In this document: piece after piece, positions 13,950 to 27,460 of the stretch
Layout: the number at the start of each line of letters is the position of its first letter
How positions within the stretch are numbered: the stretch's first letter is position 1
DNA from: the human T2T-CHM13v2.0 reference genome, Homo sapiens
DNA: 64,000 bases
Strand: one strand, 5' to 3'
Assembly (NCBI RefSeq): GCF_009914755.1
Contig: NC_060933.1
Made by a program: the position numbers and the translations under genes
The notes under the pieces: model-generated
The model's database searches: none
Told to the model about the DNA's origin: nothing
What the model saw: only the letters and a program-made list of their open reading frames with translations

Positions 13950-14400
13950 TTGGGTGGCGTAGTGGTTATGTAAGAACTCTCTGTGGAGTCCTATGCTTAC
14001 TGGAACCATGAAACAGTGGCAACATTAAAGGGAATGAATTGATGTGCTTCAAGGAGCTGTCCTGTCCTACTCATGCCCAAGGCAGGTATTGGAGCACCAC
14101 AGTCATGAACCTGAAATGATCCTGGGGTTTATGACAGTGGGCATTGTGATTGTATTCAGACAGCTATGAAGAGAGGATTCCCGGAGGCCTTGGCCCCATT
14201 TAAAACACCAGAATTCAGGCACAAAGACAAAGCAGGGATAATGAGACTTGTTAGGGGAAACCCAGGAATGACTGAGTCAGAATTCCCTGCTAGGCCAGTG
14301 AGATAGAGGCCAGGGTTAGAAATTAAGTTACTTTAGAGATAATAGAAATGTGATGTTTCTTGCCTATCCATATTGGTGGAATGAGGTTCATATTCACTAC
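13950..14400 (+). mobile_element. Possible ancient Gypsy-like LTR (LTR85/88/MamGyp type)
   Basis: Ends TGTGATGTTTCTTGC...ATTCACTACA, resembling old Gypsy LTR termini; weak. Confidence 0.3.
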
Positions 14401-15104
14401 AATTATAATTATTTTTAAATTCCTTCTCTTCCTCTAGTTAGCTGTTAATTCTGATCTACACTCTCCATCTCTTCTGAGGCAGAGGATCAATGCTGAGGCT
14501 TAGGAGGGAGAGCTGGTGTCACATTCTCAATACATGTCAAATGACAGGTGGAAACAACAGAAAGTCTAGCATTTAAGGTATTGTTACATTCCATGCATAT
14601 TTGTGCCAAGGAGTGCTTCATATACATTGTCATCTAAGAGAAGAATGAATATAGAGAGGTCTTCACAGAACCCTCCAGGGATCTCGCATTGTAGCCCTAG
14701 GGCAGTCACTTCAGGCAAGACATTTCTTTGTAATCATCTGTTACATGTGAAAAACATACCCAAATTTCATATTCTACTGCACAAAATATCCATGCTTTCC
14801 ATATACATACCATGCTAAGTGTTCAAATAAAACAGATATTCCAGGAAGATGGGCTTATCCAGAGGATTTGTGCACATTGCTCTGGGGTTTCCTTAACAAG
14901 AATCTTACCCCAGTTTGAGAAGCATATTCTTTTGTTTTCCTTAAAAATATCTGAGGACTTTTTTAAGATTATAGAAACAACATATGCCAACAGTCAGTAA
15001 GCTGAAAAATGTTAAAAAGTAGTAAAACAAAACAATAAAGTCAACCATGATCCAAGGATAAATAACCACTGACATTTTTGAAAGCATTCAAATTTTAAAA
15101 ATAT

Positions 15105-16060
15105 GAATTATTGGCTGAGTAATATTGGCATGGATGTACAACAGTTTATTTAACTATTCATCCAGTGAAGGACATTTGGGTTGTTTCCAGTTTTTGGATA
15201 TTACAAGTAAAACTGCAATTTACATTCATTTCCAGGTTTTCGTGCTAACATAAGTTTACTTTTCTGTTAGATCAATGCTCAGTAGTATAATTTTAGATGT
15301 AATATTGTAGGTTTAATTTCTTTTTTAAAAAAACAACCTGACAGATTTCCAGAGTGGTTATACAATTTTACATTCCCATCAGCATTATATGAGAGATCTA
15401 GTATCTCAACATCTTTGCCAACATTTGGTATTATCTTTAATTTTATCTGTTCTAGTAGATATGTAGTAGTGTCACATCATAGTTTTAATTTGCATTGCTC
15501 TAAATGGCTGAACATAATTTCCTGTGCTTACTTCTCATTTGTATATATTCTTTAGAAAGATGTTTAAGACTTTTGCTTATTTTCCAATTGGATTATATGT
15601 TTTGTTAATGTTGAGTTTAGAGAGTTCTTTATATATTATTAATACAAGTCATTTGATAGAGGATTTGGAAGTATTTCCCCTCAAGTTGGTAATTTGTCTT
15701 TTCATCCTCTTAACAGTATCATTCACAGAACAAAAGTTATTAATTTTGAGAAAATCCAATTTATCCATTTTTTCTTTTTGGATTTCTTTTTGGTAAATGT
15801 AAGAAACCTTTACCTGACACTAGGTCATAAAGACTTTCTATACATCCTTTCCAGAAAATTTTATGGTTTTATATTTTACACTTAGATCTACAATCCACTT
15901 TGAGTTAATTTTAAAATAACATCAGTTTTAGGTCAAACTTCATTCTTTGGTCTACTGCTGTTCAATGGTTCTAGTACTGTTTGTTAAAGAGATTCTTCTT
16001 CCATTGAACTACTTTTGCACCTTTGCAGAAAAATCAGTTGGGTAAATGTATGTGCATCTG
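15105..16060 (-). mobile_element. Old L1M (L1MC/ME-type) fragment
   Basis: GAAGGACATTTGGGTTGTTTCCAGTTTTTGG, TTTTAATTTGCATT, TTTTGCACCTTTG...AAAATCAGTTG. Confidence 0.8.
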
Positions 16061-16687
16061 GGTTTAGAAGCATGGTTGTGATAAGCTGTTCGTTTAATCA
16101 TTACCAGTGCAAATTGTGGCAAAAAAAAACCACCTCATTTTCCATAGCAATAGCAGATTTAAAATATTTTGCTTATTACTAGAATACTTTTTTTAAATAA
16201 AAATTTGAATATTTAAAAAATCACAAAGACAATTTTGAGCTGACCACACATATCACAGAATTATTTCTCTCAGTAATTCTTTACATAGACAACTGTTTTG
16301 AAGTACTAAAATTTGAATCAACTTATTAAAAATTTTACACATAGCTTTTCAATATTTTAATAATTTTAATTATAAATGAATATATATACTTTCATATTAT
16401 AAAAATAAAATATAAAAGCATAAATATTATATATATAGAATATGTATATAGAGAAATTCCTGAAAGCACAGTGTTATATTTTATAGAATAATAGTAGAAT
16501 TATGAGAAAAATACTTTCTCTCTTTGTGCTTTTCTGTATTTTAGACATTTTCTACAATGCTTATGTATTATTTAAAGGTAATTGCTAGGTTGTGGTAGGA
16601 AAAACGACCCTCCAAATTAAAATAAAAAATTGATATTAAAAATAAAATACAATTAAACAAATCATTTTGTAATCAAATGTAAACAAA

Positions 16688-17857
16688 TCATTCAACAGGA
16701 AGCAGGGCATGAAAGTTTGGAAAATCTGCAGCCCGAAGATGTGATAGAAAATAAAATTCCATTTTCTGAAGATAAATTCAAGCCAGCTGCAGAAATTTGT
16801 ATAAGTAACACGGAGCCAAATTTTATCACCAATACAAGGGGAAAATGTCTCCAGGGCATGTCAGAGACCTGCACAGCAGCCTCTCCCATAACAGGCCTGA
16901 AGGCCTATGAAGAATAAATGGTTTCCTATGCCTGGTCTAGATACCCATTGCTCTGTGCAGCCTTGGGACATGGTTCCCTGAGTCCCAGCTACTTCATCTC
17001 CAGCCATTGCTAAAGGGGGCCAAGTTACGGGTTAGGTCATTGCTTCAGAGAGTGCCAGCCCCAAACTTTGGAGGCTTACATGTGGTATTGAGCCTATGGG
17101 TGCACAGAGGTCAAGAATTGAGGTTTGGGAACATCCACCTAGATTTCAGAGGATGTATGGAAATGCCTGGGTGTCTAGGCAGAAGTTTGCTGCAGGGGTG
17201 GGGCCCTCATGGAGCACCTCTGTTAGAGAAGTGCAGAAGGGAAATGTGGGGTAAAACTTCCCACACAGAGTCCCCACTGGGGTACTGCCTGGTGGAGCTA
17301 TGAGAAGACAGCCACTATCCTCCAGACCCCAGAATGGTATATCCACTGACAGCATGTACCATGCACCTGGAAAAGCCACAGAAACTCAATGCCAGCCTAT
17401 GAAAGAACCGAGAAGGGGAGATGTACCTGGCAAAGCCACAGGAACAGAGCTGCCCAAGGCCATGGGCACCTCATGCAAGCCCACCTCTTGCATCATTGTG
17501 TCCTGGATGTGAGACAGGAGTCAAAGGAGTTTAGTTTTGACCTTTAATATTTGACTGTCCTGCTGGATTTCAGACTTGCATGGGGCTTGTAGCCCCTTTG
17601 TTTTGGCCAATTTCTCCCATTTGGAACAGGTGTATTTACCCAATCCCTGTAACCCCATAATATCTAGGAAGTAACTAACTTGCTTTTGATTTTACAGGCT
17701 TATAGGTGGAATGGATTTTCCTTGTCTCAGATGAGACTTTGGGTTTGGACTTTTGAGTTAATGCTGGAATGAGTTAAGACTTTGGGGAACTGTTGGAAGG
17801 CCATGATTGTCTTTTGAAATGTGAGGACATGAGATTTGGGAGGTACCAGGGGCAGAA
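16688..17857 (+). mobile_element. THE1 internal sequence, 5'-truncated
   Basis: AAAGTTTGGAAAATCTGCAGCC...TTTGAAATGTGAGGACATGAGATTTGGGAGG..AGGGGCAGAA (polypurine tract-like end) abutting the LTR. Confidence 0.9.
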
Positions 17858-18227
17858 TGATGTGGTCTGGCTGTGTCTCCACCCAAATCTCATCTTGAAT
17901 TGTAGTTCCTATAATTCCCCCATGTAGTGGGAGGGACCAGTGGAAGGTAAGTTAGTCATGGGGGCATTACCCTCATGCTGTTCTTGTGATACTGAGTGAG
18001 CTCTCACAAGATCTGATGGGTATATAAGAGGCTTTTCCCTTTTTGCTCATTCTTCTTTTCTCTGCTGCCCTGTGAAGAAGGACGTTCCTGCTTCCCCTTC
18101 CACCATGATTGTAAGTTTCCTGAGGCCTCCTCAGCCACCCTGAACTGTGAGTCAATTAAACCTCTTTCCTTTATAAATTACCCAGTCTAGGGTAACTTTA
18201 TTAGCAGTGTGAGAACAAATGAATACA
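17858..18227 (+). mobile_element. THE1C/D 3' LTR
   Basis: TGATGTGGTCTGGCTGTGTCTCCACCCAAATCTC...GAATACA. Confidence 0.92.
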
Positions 18228-19424
18228 CCACCCCCTCATCCACTAACATACAAAGCAAAATTAACAAACAAACAAACAAACAAACGTTAAAATGATGCCA
18301 GATGGGAGTAAACTCATTCTCCAAGAGAATGATACTCCCAAGTATTGTCTTGGAGCACAGCCTGAAGCATGCTCTCTAAGCATGAAATACCTTTGCAGTC
18401 TCTTGTTTTATCTTAAAATCTAATGAGATTCTATTTACTCTTCAGTCATAACAAAATGTCCTTATATGTCCTTTTGCTAACTTTCTTAACCCCTTTTTAG
18501 AATAGGTAAGTTATATTATCAATGATCTTACAAATAAAATTAATGGATTATGTCTTTAATGGAACTAATATTAATGACTACTACTAATAATAACAGTAAA
18601 CATTTATTGCCTTAGAACTAGGCTGTGCTATTTTCAGTTCATTATCCATTTTAATTTCCACAAAACTATTTATAGTAGGTTGTATTTAGAAAGTGAAAAT
18701 TGAAGCTTAGTTTCTATGTCTAAAAATGGGATAATAGGACTTACCATATAGATTGTTGTAAGGTTAAACATAATTGTACATTGAAAATGTTTATTTGAAT
18801 GATTAGCAAAATAGTAAGCTCTCAGTGAGTGTTCAGAGTTGCCTAAGTCCAGTAGTATGGTGGCTGTGAATATTTTTGAATGAGGATACTTTTTAATGTC
18901 AACATATTTTCTGAACCTAACTTAAATTAGGCCCACTAAATAGTAATATTAGGACCTATCGACTGAGAAAATACTTAAATATAAACTCTGAGTTCAGTGA
19001 TGCTTTTAAATAAATTTTTACTTTAATTATCATAATGAAATCTGCATATACTTGAAAACCAGTAGTGAATATTATTTACTGTTTCCAGGCAATGGTAGAA
19101 ACAATGTGAAGATCTGTTATTAGAACTTCATTCCTACAGGAGTCAAAGTTAGGAAGCTGTGTTTGTGGTAGTGAAAAATTCTGGACAACTCTGTTGATTG
19201 GAGCCCCTTTATTTAAGTTCTCTCCTCTGAGCCTGTAGCCTGTTTAGCCATAGGTGCCTACTGGCTTTACTTGCCTCTAATGATCTTGCAAAGCCTGGCC
19301 ACTTCCCCTCCATTATCCTGCTTCACAGTTGAATTCTCCTTCAAGAAGAGTCTGGTCTGCAACTCTGCTGCTCAGTAAAACAGGCAAATACTGTATATAT
19401 ACTATTGTTTTGCCATCAGGAGGA

Positions 19425-19660
19425 ATAGAATGATAGTGAAGAGCACAAATTCTGTTATCAGGTAGACCTAAGGTTAAATTCTGACACTCGTTCTGTGACC
19501 ACAGGGAAACTATGTAATTTATCTGGGTCTCAGTTTCTTTGTATACATAAGATGGACAATTCATAACTCATAAAGTTAGTATGAAGATTATATTAGATAG
19601 TTACATAAAGCTTTGAAGCACAATGTCTCGTATATAATAAGCCCTCAATACTGCTAGCTG
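19425..19660 (+). mobile_element. MIR
   Basis: MIR core TCTCAGTTTCTTTGTATACATAAGATGG. Confidence 0.7.
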
Positions 19661-22600
19661 ATTTGATGCTTTTACAACAGAAAATAGCACAGTGAAACAT
19701 ATATGTGTGCTTCATGGAATGCATAAAATCGAGAACACATTACATTCTTTCTGGATGGGGTATAAAATGTTTGTAATTATATGAAATTTGATTTGAAGAC
19801 AGAATAGTAATATTCCAACATATATCACACTAAAATAAATAGAACAGTATTTATTTTTGAATTCTTTTGAGAGGTAAGGGGAATCTATTAGCAAAAAAAA
19901 GAAATTTACCATATTCTTTACAAATTTTCTGAACAAGAGTGAGTAAAAGTCTCCCCTTTGTTGGTTTATTCAAAACTCAAATAGTGGATGTAAATGAGTA
20001 GAGTTTGGCTAATTTCTTAGTAGTGCAAAGCAATTCCAGGAAAAAATACTTCATGGAATAGCAGTCTGTCTTTGGAACATGAAGAAGTGGGTTTATGATG
20101 CTCATTATAGAAAATACGTAAAACTGTGAACATTTTAATAGAAAAACTTGTTATTAGGTTACTCAGCACAGTAATAGATGAAGTAATCACATGGATATTT
20201 TAGTAACGGAATCATTCCTTCTTGTCATTTATTTTAGAAAATCTAGCAATAAATTCAAGAGCACAGTGTATCTTTTCCCCATTCTCTTTAAAGGGCAAAT
20301 AAAATGCATAGCATTAAAACAATCTAATGAGTCCTTAGAGAATAATGCATCATGAAACAAAAAACTAAGGCAAGCAAGGACTAGTTTTTCTTTACATACT
20401 GTTATCTGGATTGTTTAATGAACAAAGAAAGTTGACTAAGTGAAAAAACAAGTTTTCCGTTGATATAAATCTTTAACCAATTCAATAGATATGCCTGGGC
20501 CATTTTAAAATCCATCTCTTACAGCACATAACAAAAAACTAAAATTTGCAATTTTAAAAATTTATTTTTAATATATGCTGACAACAGTGAATCTGGGAAA
20601 GGTGTTTTGGCAATCTAATAAAACACAACAGAAAGAGATGTTTTTCCACCTACTGTGTTACCAGTCATTTTGGTCATATGTTATATTATGTTTTACTATC
20701 AAGACTCACTTAAATTAACTTTTCATTGTTACAATAATATTATTTCACAAAATACAACTCTGTGATGGTGACTTCTAAAACAAAGCAAAGACAAAACATT
20801 AGCCAAGAAAAGATGCACTTTACAGTGATGAGGACTCAACTCTCCATGAAAGCAGCTAATAAAGCACATGGGAAAAAATATGGCATTAAATACAATCAGA
20901 AAAGATGCACTTGTACAGTATTTGCCATTTTCTCAAAAGAATACTCAGCAACTAAATGGATAATAGTTATTAAGCTTATGAAACTTTACCTATTACAAAA
21001 CCCTTTTTCAAAATTTAACCATATTTAACCACTGTGAGAACCATATAGCGTGTGTTTCTAACTTTCACACAGTAGATAAGTATCCTAGACTGGCCTCCTG
21101 ACTCAAAATCTCTAATTGTTTCCATTCTACCATAAGGTTCACAGAAACAGGTCAACTTTAGCATCCCTTTACTGGAAATAAAACACCACATACCCACAAT
21201 GCATTGTTTAAGTTTTCACTAAATTCAGATTCTCTCTGTGACCAATAACACATTTACCACCTTCTCTTTATCCTATAGGGTAGAGTTAGGAAGATTCATG
21301 AGTTAGGATGAATGCTCAAGCCTTCTTTACAATGTAATTCCAAATACCAAAAAAAGGAGGGGAAAATGTTGCTTAAAACTTATGGGGAAAGTTCTCCTTC
21401 TTCTAAGGGACCGTATGTTAACTCTCTTCTCTCTGAAAAATGCTGACTATAAAAAATACTTTCCTTTTCTCGAATTCAAGGAAGTGCAAAGCAAAATCTG
21501 CCACAAACCTCTCGCTGTCTATATAGCTAGTATGTGCTCTCTTTTGCCTGCTGTGTTTCAACCCTGTCTTCTAATCTATGTTGTTACTTGTCCTTGATCT
21601 TTTAGTGTTCATATTCCCATCGTCATATAAGTATTTCTACTGTAAGATGCCTCAAATCCTACATATAGACAGAAAAGAAATAGTCCAACAAACACGCAAA
21701 CTTTATCGCTACGTGTCATCCCATCCCCTATGTCCACCCGCAATTATGGAGATGTACAATTCTAGTCTCAGTCATGCTGCAGTGACCCACCAGCCCACCA
21801 GCAGTCAGTGGTACTGGAATCTCAAATCTCTTGTCAGGTATCCTCGTGGCTGCTTTTCAGCTTAAGGCCTTTGGTGAGATCTGGGTATCTCTTGGCTTGG
21901 CTTCCTCTCATCTACAATATTAGACTTCAATTCTATGATATCTTAGAGGTTTTTCCATCATGTAATAACCTCAGAAAAGTACTGCAGTATATGGGGTGAG
22001 TGGTGGTGGGGAGGAGGACTGAAACTAACTTCTCCTAGAGGAGTAAAAAACTTACAAATGTAGTTTAAACATAATTTAATATTATTTGAAAATGACTCTA
22101 CATGGTTAAAACATACTCTTTTTTCTCCTTTAGTAAAAGGAATGACCAGAATGAAGACATTCTGTTAAGTGAGCATTTTCTCCTCATTTAAACAAAACAA
22201 TAACAAAAACAGCTAGAATTGGTCTCGCTGTTCCTGGTGATCAAATCCTTCCATTTGTTTCAGGTGAGTGGCTTTATCATGAGACATTCACTGGCAGCAA
22301 AAGCCTGCTGCTGGGTAGATAGTGATTTCTAAGGGATTGCAAAATTGGTTTAAACATCTGCTCTAATCAAAACCCAGGGTTTCCATATGGTCATTTTATA
22401 AAGCATATGACAATCACCTTTCATAGTATTTCACACTGAGGATTTAGGAAACAGGATAGCCTGAGGTCAAACAGATAAGTGTTGTCTGTTTAGAAATCTA
22501 GAATATCCCTCAGGGCAATCAGGGTAATGGGTCATACAATGAAGCATCATAATAAGACAATCACAAGTTAAACCTACACTTTGCTTATAGTTTATGACAT

Positions 22601-24190
22601 AAATTGCCAATAGCAGCAAATGCTGTTGATAAACACACGCAAACATACATATATACATTCCTCACTTCAAATAAACAAATAAACAAAAAATCATGCTCAT
22701 CTCTTCCGTTTCTTGGACTGCAGAGCTACGGGTCTGCCTATTCTGTATTGAAATTAGTATAAAAATACTGAAAAGAAGTCTAAGGTAAATATTTTGTGTT
22801 TTCTGGCAAATCAACAAAGATTGTTCTGTATACATAGATTGTCCTGTATAAGTACTGATAGACATCGTGATAAAAGTACTCTTGGGACTGAGATGAAAAT
22901 TTAAACTCAGCTTTGAGACTAGTTACTGATTACAATGACTCAATTAACATAATAGGAAAAAACATCCATATTCTTGCTGAAAACTATTTAAGGATCTTAC
23001 TCAGGTACCTGAATTCTTGAGACCTTAGACAAGAAAGTGCAGGTCAAAAATGTAGGGAAAAAATTTGGGCCCACCTCTTCTCACCATTTCTATAGGACAC
23101 ATATGAAGAGTTTCTATCAGCTGCCATTAGCTGTGGGGACTGGAAATCATGGAGATGCCTAAACGCGACATTAAGTTTGGAGAGACTGAGAATTACTTGG
23201 TAAGTTAAACAGGAAACCCTCCAAATAAAATGTCTCCATTAGGTGGCAGGGAGGAATAATTGAGCCTTTCTTGCTCAAATGTCTTAAGGCAGCCAAAGCT
23301 GACTTTCTAAGGGAATTTTTGAACAAAAATGTTTCTCCTGCAGCCAGTAATGTCTCTCTGTGTATCTCGTCCCCCAGCTCTGCAAACTACTGGGCCCCTC
23401 TAGGCTATCAACAAAAGTTTATGATAAATTTAAACATTAATGATTCAGTAAATAAATTTTAACATTATTGGTAACAAAAAAAATGACAGAAGAGTGACCC
23501 TACATAATTATTCACAAATTTCATTTAATAACAGAAAAACAACCTGGATCTTTTTCTATAAGAATGAGGAGGCAGAAAAATCAACAGAGAAAATGAAAAC
23601 TCTCAGTAGTTCAAAAGATGGGGATCATATGAGCACTAAGAAAAAATATTTCCAGCAAAACAGGGATTTAAAGAAGCAGGAGAGATACCTAAAATATATG
23701 GTTATGTTATTAAGTGAATAAAGTGGACTGTAAACAGTATAACAGTAAAACAGTAACTGTATATAACTGTAAAACAGTATAAAATCATGTTTGTGAAAAT
23801 AAGTAATGAAAAATGAGTATGTCTATACATTCATGATTAGGACAAAAAGTATCTGGGTATATATACATAGAAATATGGAGACTGTGTATTCCTGAATTGT
23901 GGGATTAGATTATTTTTATTCTTTTCTGTTTGCTTTTGTGGATCAAATTAAATTTATGTGTATTAAGCTTTATTCTCAGAAAAAGGGTCATTCAATTTTA
24001 AAATATATAAATAAGCGGCACTAGTAAAAAATATCCACTCTCAAAAAGAAAAATATTTGTTTGAACACAGATGGTTTCAGCTAATAAAGACTCAAGGATT
24101 TAAGAAATTATACCATCCATCCCATTGTCCATCATTTAGCTTAGCTAACTCCGGAATATAGCACCCCTAGCTTAGCAAACAGTTTACCTC

Positions 24191-24728
24191 CCTAGTTCCC
24201 CAACTGCACCAAAGCATCTTAGGGTGTTGCAATAAATCCACAAAGGAGCCACAGATTATTTTTAATTTTCAAAGAAAATACAGTAATACTAGACATTCTG
24301 TTGGATACTGTACAAAATATTAGACAGTGGTAGTTCACTGACTCAATATAAAATCTGGCATCATTCCCTTTGATAGTGTCTTATCTTTGTGAAGCTCGGC
24401 TTTTAGTGGCTGACGTGTTAAGAAAAAAAAAAAGAGGTACCCCTTAAGAAGTACCTTGGAATAGGGAATGAGGGTGGCTTCCATTCTGATTCTAAGGTTT
24501 GAGAAACCATGTAGCACCCAACAGGGACACACCTCCAGCCAGTAATTAATTGTGGCTATTTAAGAATTGAATTAAATATATTTTTTCTTTTAATTCATAT
24601 ATTTTTTTCAAGTGGTTACTAAGGGCCTAAGTGCATAATAAATAAAATTGTGAAATATCTCCTTTGCCATGAAAATATTACTGAGACACTAAGGGTATCA
24701 TGAACTGAAAAAGTTTGAAAGCCTTTGG
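24191..24728 (+). mobile_element. MER113 (hAT-Charlie) DNA transposon
   Basis: GGAATGAGGGTGGC..CTGATTCTAAGGTTTGAGAA, AATTGTGGCTATTTAAGAATTG, end GAAAAAGTTTGAAAGCC match recalled MER113. Confidence 0.75.
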
Positions 24729-25398
24729 TCAATCCATTAACTAGTACACATCAAACTGCTAGAACGCCAGAATGACCTCTCAAATATAGGGTAACCTATT
24801 GCAGCTTTATATCAAACTAGCAGGCCTGGATCACTTAGTAATTGCAATTGAACTTGATCATAGTATAGTGTTGTTCATTATATAATGTTGACCTACTCAA
24901 GTTTAATCCCTCTAAAATTTCATCACAACATGGGCCTTTTGAAGGATGACTTCAGAAGGAAAACAAGTTTTAAATGAATTTTAGATTGCCTTCAACTCAC
25001 ATTTGAGTTTTGTCCAGTATTCTTTCACCAAAGCAAACTCTTCTTGACTCTCATTGTGATAAAATCACTACTGTGGCCTACACACGTGGCTCATTATGTA
25101 TAAAATGTTAATGCTTCTATGACTCTTGAGACTGTCAATTGCTCAGTAGTGACAATGAGGAAGGATTAGTTAAAATAAATGTTTCCTAAACAAAAATAGC
25201 AAAAGTCCTTATATAAACAACACCCACATAATGTATCATGACAGCGATCCCATTGGAATTGCCTAATTTAATTGACAAAGAAAAAGATTTATAAAAAATA
25301 ACTTTGCTAGACAAAATTATCACTAAATAATTTGGATAACTAAAGCATCATCCACAGATTTCTGATTTATCAGAAACAAAGACCATCATTTAAAAAAG

Positions 25399-26384
25399 CT
25401 TTTATTTTAGGTTCAGGGGTACATGTGCAGGTTTGTTATATAAACTTGTGTCACAGGGGTTTGTGGTAGAGATTATTTTGTTACCCAGATACTAAGCCTA
25501 GTACATGGTTACTGGTCCTCTACTTCCTCCCACCCTCAGTCTTCAAGTAGGCCCCACTGTCTGTTGTTCCTCTCCCAGTATCCATGTGTTCTCATCATTT
25601 AGCTCCTACTTATATGTGAGAAAATGTGGTATTCATTCCCGCATTGGTTTGCTAAGGATAATGGCCTCCAGCTCCATCCATGTTCCCACAAAGGACATGA
25701 TCTCATTCTTTTTTATGGCTGCATAGTAGTCCATGGTGTACCACGTTTTCTTTATCCAGTCTATTATTGATGGGCATTTGGGTTGGTTCCATGTCTTTGC
25801 TATTGTGAATAGTGCTGCAATGAACATACGTGTGCATGTGTCTTTAGAGTGGAACAATTTATATTCCTTTGGGTACATATCCAGTAATAAGATTGCTGGG
25901 TCATATGGTAGGTCTCTTTTGAGCTGTTTCAGGAATTGCCACGCTGCTTTCCACAATGGTTGAACTAATTTATAATCCCACCAGCAGTGTATAAGCATTC
26001 CCTTTTCTCCACAACCTCATCAGCATGTTATTTTTGATTTTTTAATAGCCATTCTGACTGGTGTGGGATCATAGCTCATTATGATTTTGATTTGCATTTC
26101 TCTAATGATTAGTGATATTGAGTCTTTTTTTTTCATATGCTTGTTGGCCACATGTATGCCTTCTTAGAGAAGTGTCTGTTTATGTCCTTTGTATACTTTT
26201 TAATAGAGTTGCTTTTTTCTTGTAAATTTAAGTTCCTTATAGATATAGGTTAGTAGACTTTTGTCAGATACATAGTTTGCAAATATTTTCTCCCATTCTG
26301 TAGGTTGTCTGTTTACTCTGTTGATAATTTCTTTTGCTGTACAGAAGCTCTAAAGTTTAATTAGATCCCATTCGTCAATTTTTG
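25399..26384 (-). mobile_element. 5'-truncated older L1PA (PA13-16-like), ~1 kb
   Basis: ORF 25633..25998 encodes an ORF2 C-terminus ([14 protein letters not shown]); 3'UTR GGTTCAGGGGTACATGTGCAGGTTTG. Confidence 0.9.
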
Positions 26385-26989
26385 AAAAGTGTCATTTTTT
26401 GCAGATACAAAATATGTTTTATATTCTTTCCCAAGGGCAAATAAATCTTTAAGGATATAGGATGTGAATCCATGGTTACATTTAAAAGAATAAAAATAGA
26501 AAATTCCTACAAAGGATTTTACAAAATATAAAAATTTGCATTTAATTCAGCAAAAATTATTAAACCTATTATAGCCTTTATTGGATATTTAAATATTCCT
26601 AGTTCCTATGATTAAGGCCCTTGCATTTGAGGAAACAAACACTAGCTAGACCCATTACAACGGGCTCTCAGGAAAGTCATCTGAGTAAAAGGAAGAGATA
26701 TGTAGCTCAACCCTCCTAATATATATACATACACATTGAAGTTGACCTGGCAGAGAGTGATACACACACACACACAAAACCAAGATCCATAAAGATAAGA
26801 GAAGTTGTCAATACAATCCATCAATCCATTTATCCATCCACCCATCCATTCATCCAATATTTAGTGACAGTCTCCTCTGTGCTAGATATCAATTTATTCA
26901 TTGAAGATAAGGTCCCTTCTGTCATTGAATGTGCAGTCCAATGCACAATTTTCTTAGTTACATGTTCGAATAAGCTAAGTTGCTCAATT

Positions 26990-27122
26990 CTGAAAATCTT
27001 AATCTCCAGACTCCACTCTGTAATTCATTAAACAAGAATTTCTAGGGTATTACCCAGGCGTCATTATTATTTTATTAAAGGTGTGCAGTAATTCCAATGT
27101 GCATCCAAGGTTGAGAACCACT
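26990..27122. mobile_element. MER5-like fragment
   Basis: AATTCCAATGTGCATCCAAGGTTGAGAACCAC terminus. Confidence 0.55.
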
Positions 27123-27460
27123 TAAGTGGGAAGACAGACACTGACCATATAATTACAAATGCCCTGAGTGCTGAGTACTACTGAGAAATGTCAAGTCTCC
27201 TGTCTAGCTCAAAGATGTTTCTACTATGTTGTTACTGCCTCTCTTGAGATAATTAGTATTATCATTTATAGAAATATCCCATTAAAAAGATTTGGATGTA
27301 AAGAATGTCACTTATTTTCAACACTTTGGAGTATAAGCTATTCTCAGAAGTATTTTAGAAGCTTTCTAGGTAAACAGGTCATAGGATTGTAGGTATAGTG
27401 AATATAAGCAGTGATTGTAATCTAATGAAGAAATATTTTCATGACAAAAATGCTGTTCAC

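Noticed and set aside
16692-17512. Several ORFs in THE1 internal sequence
   Set aside because: Fragmented MaLR internal frame; no intact gene.
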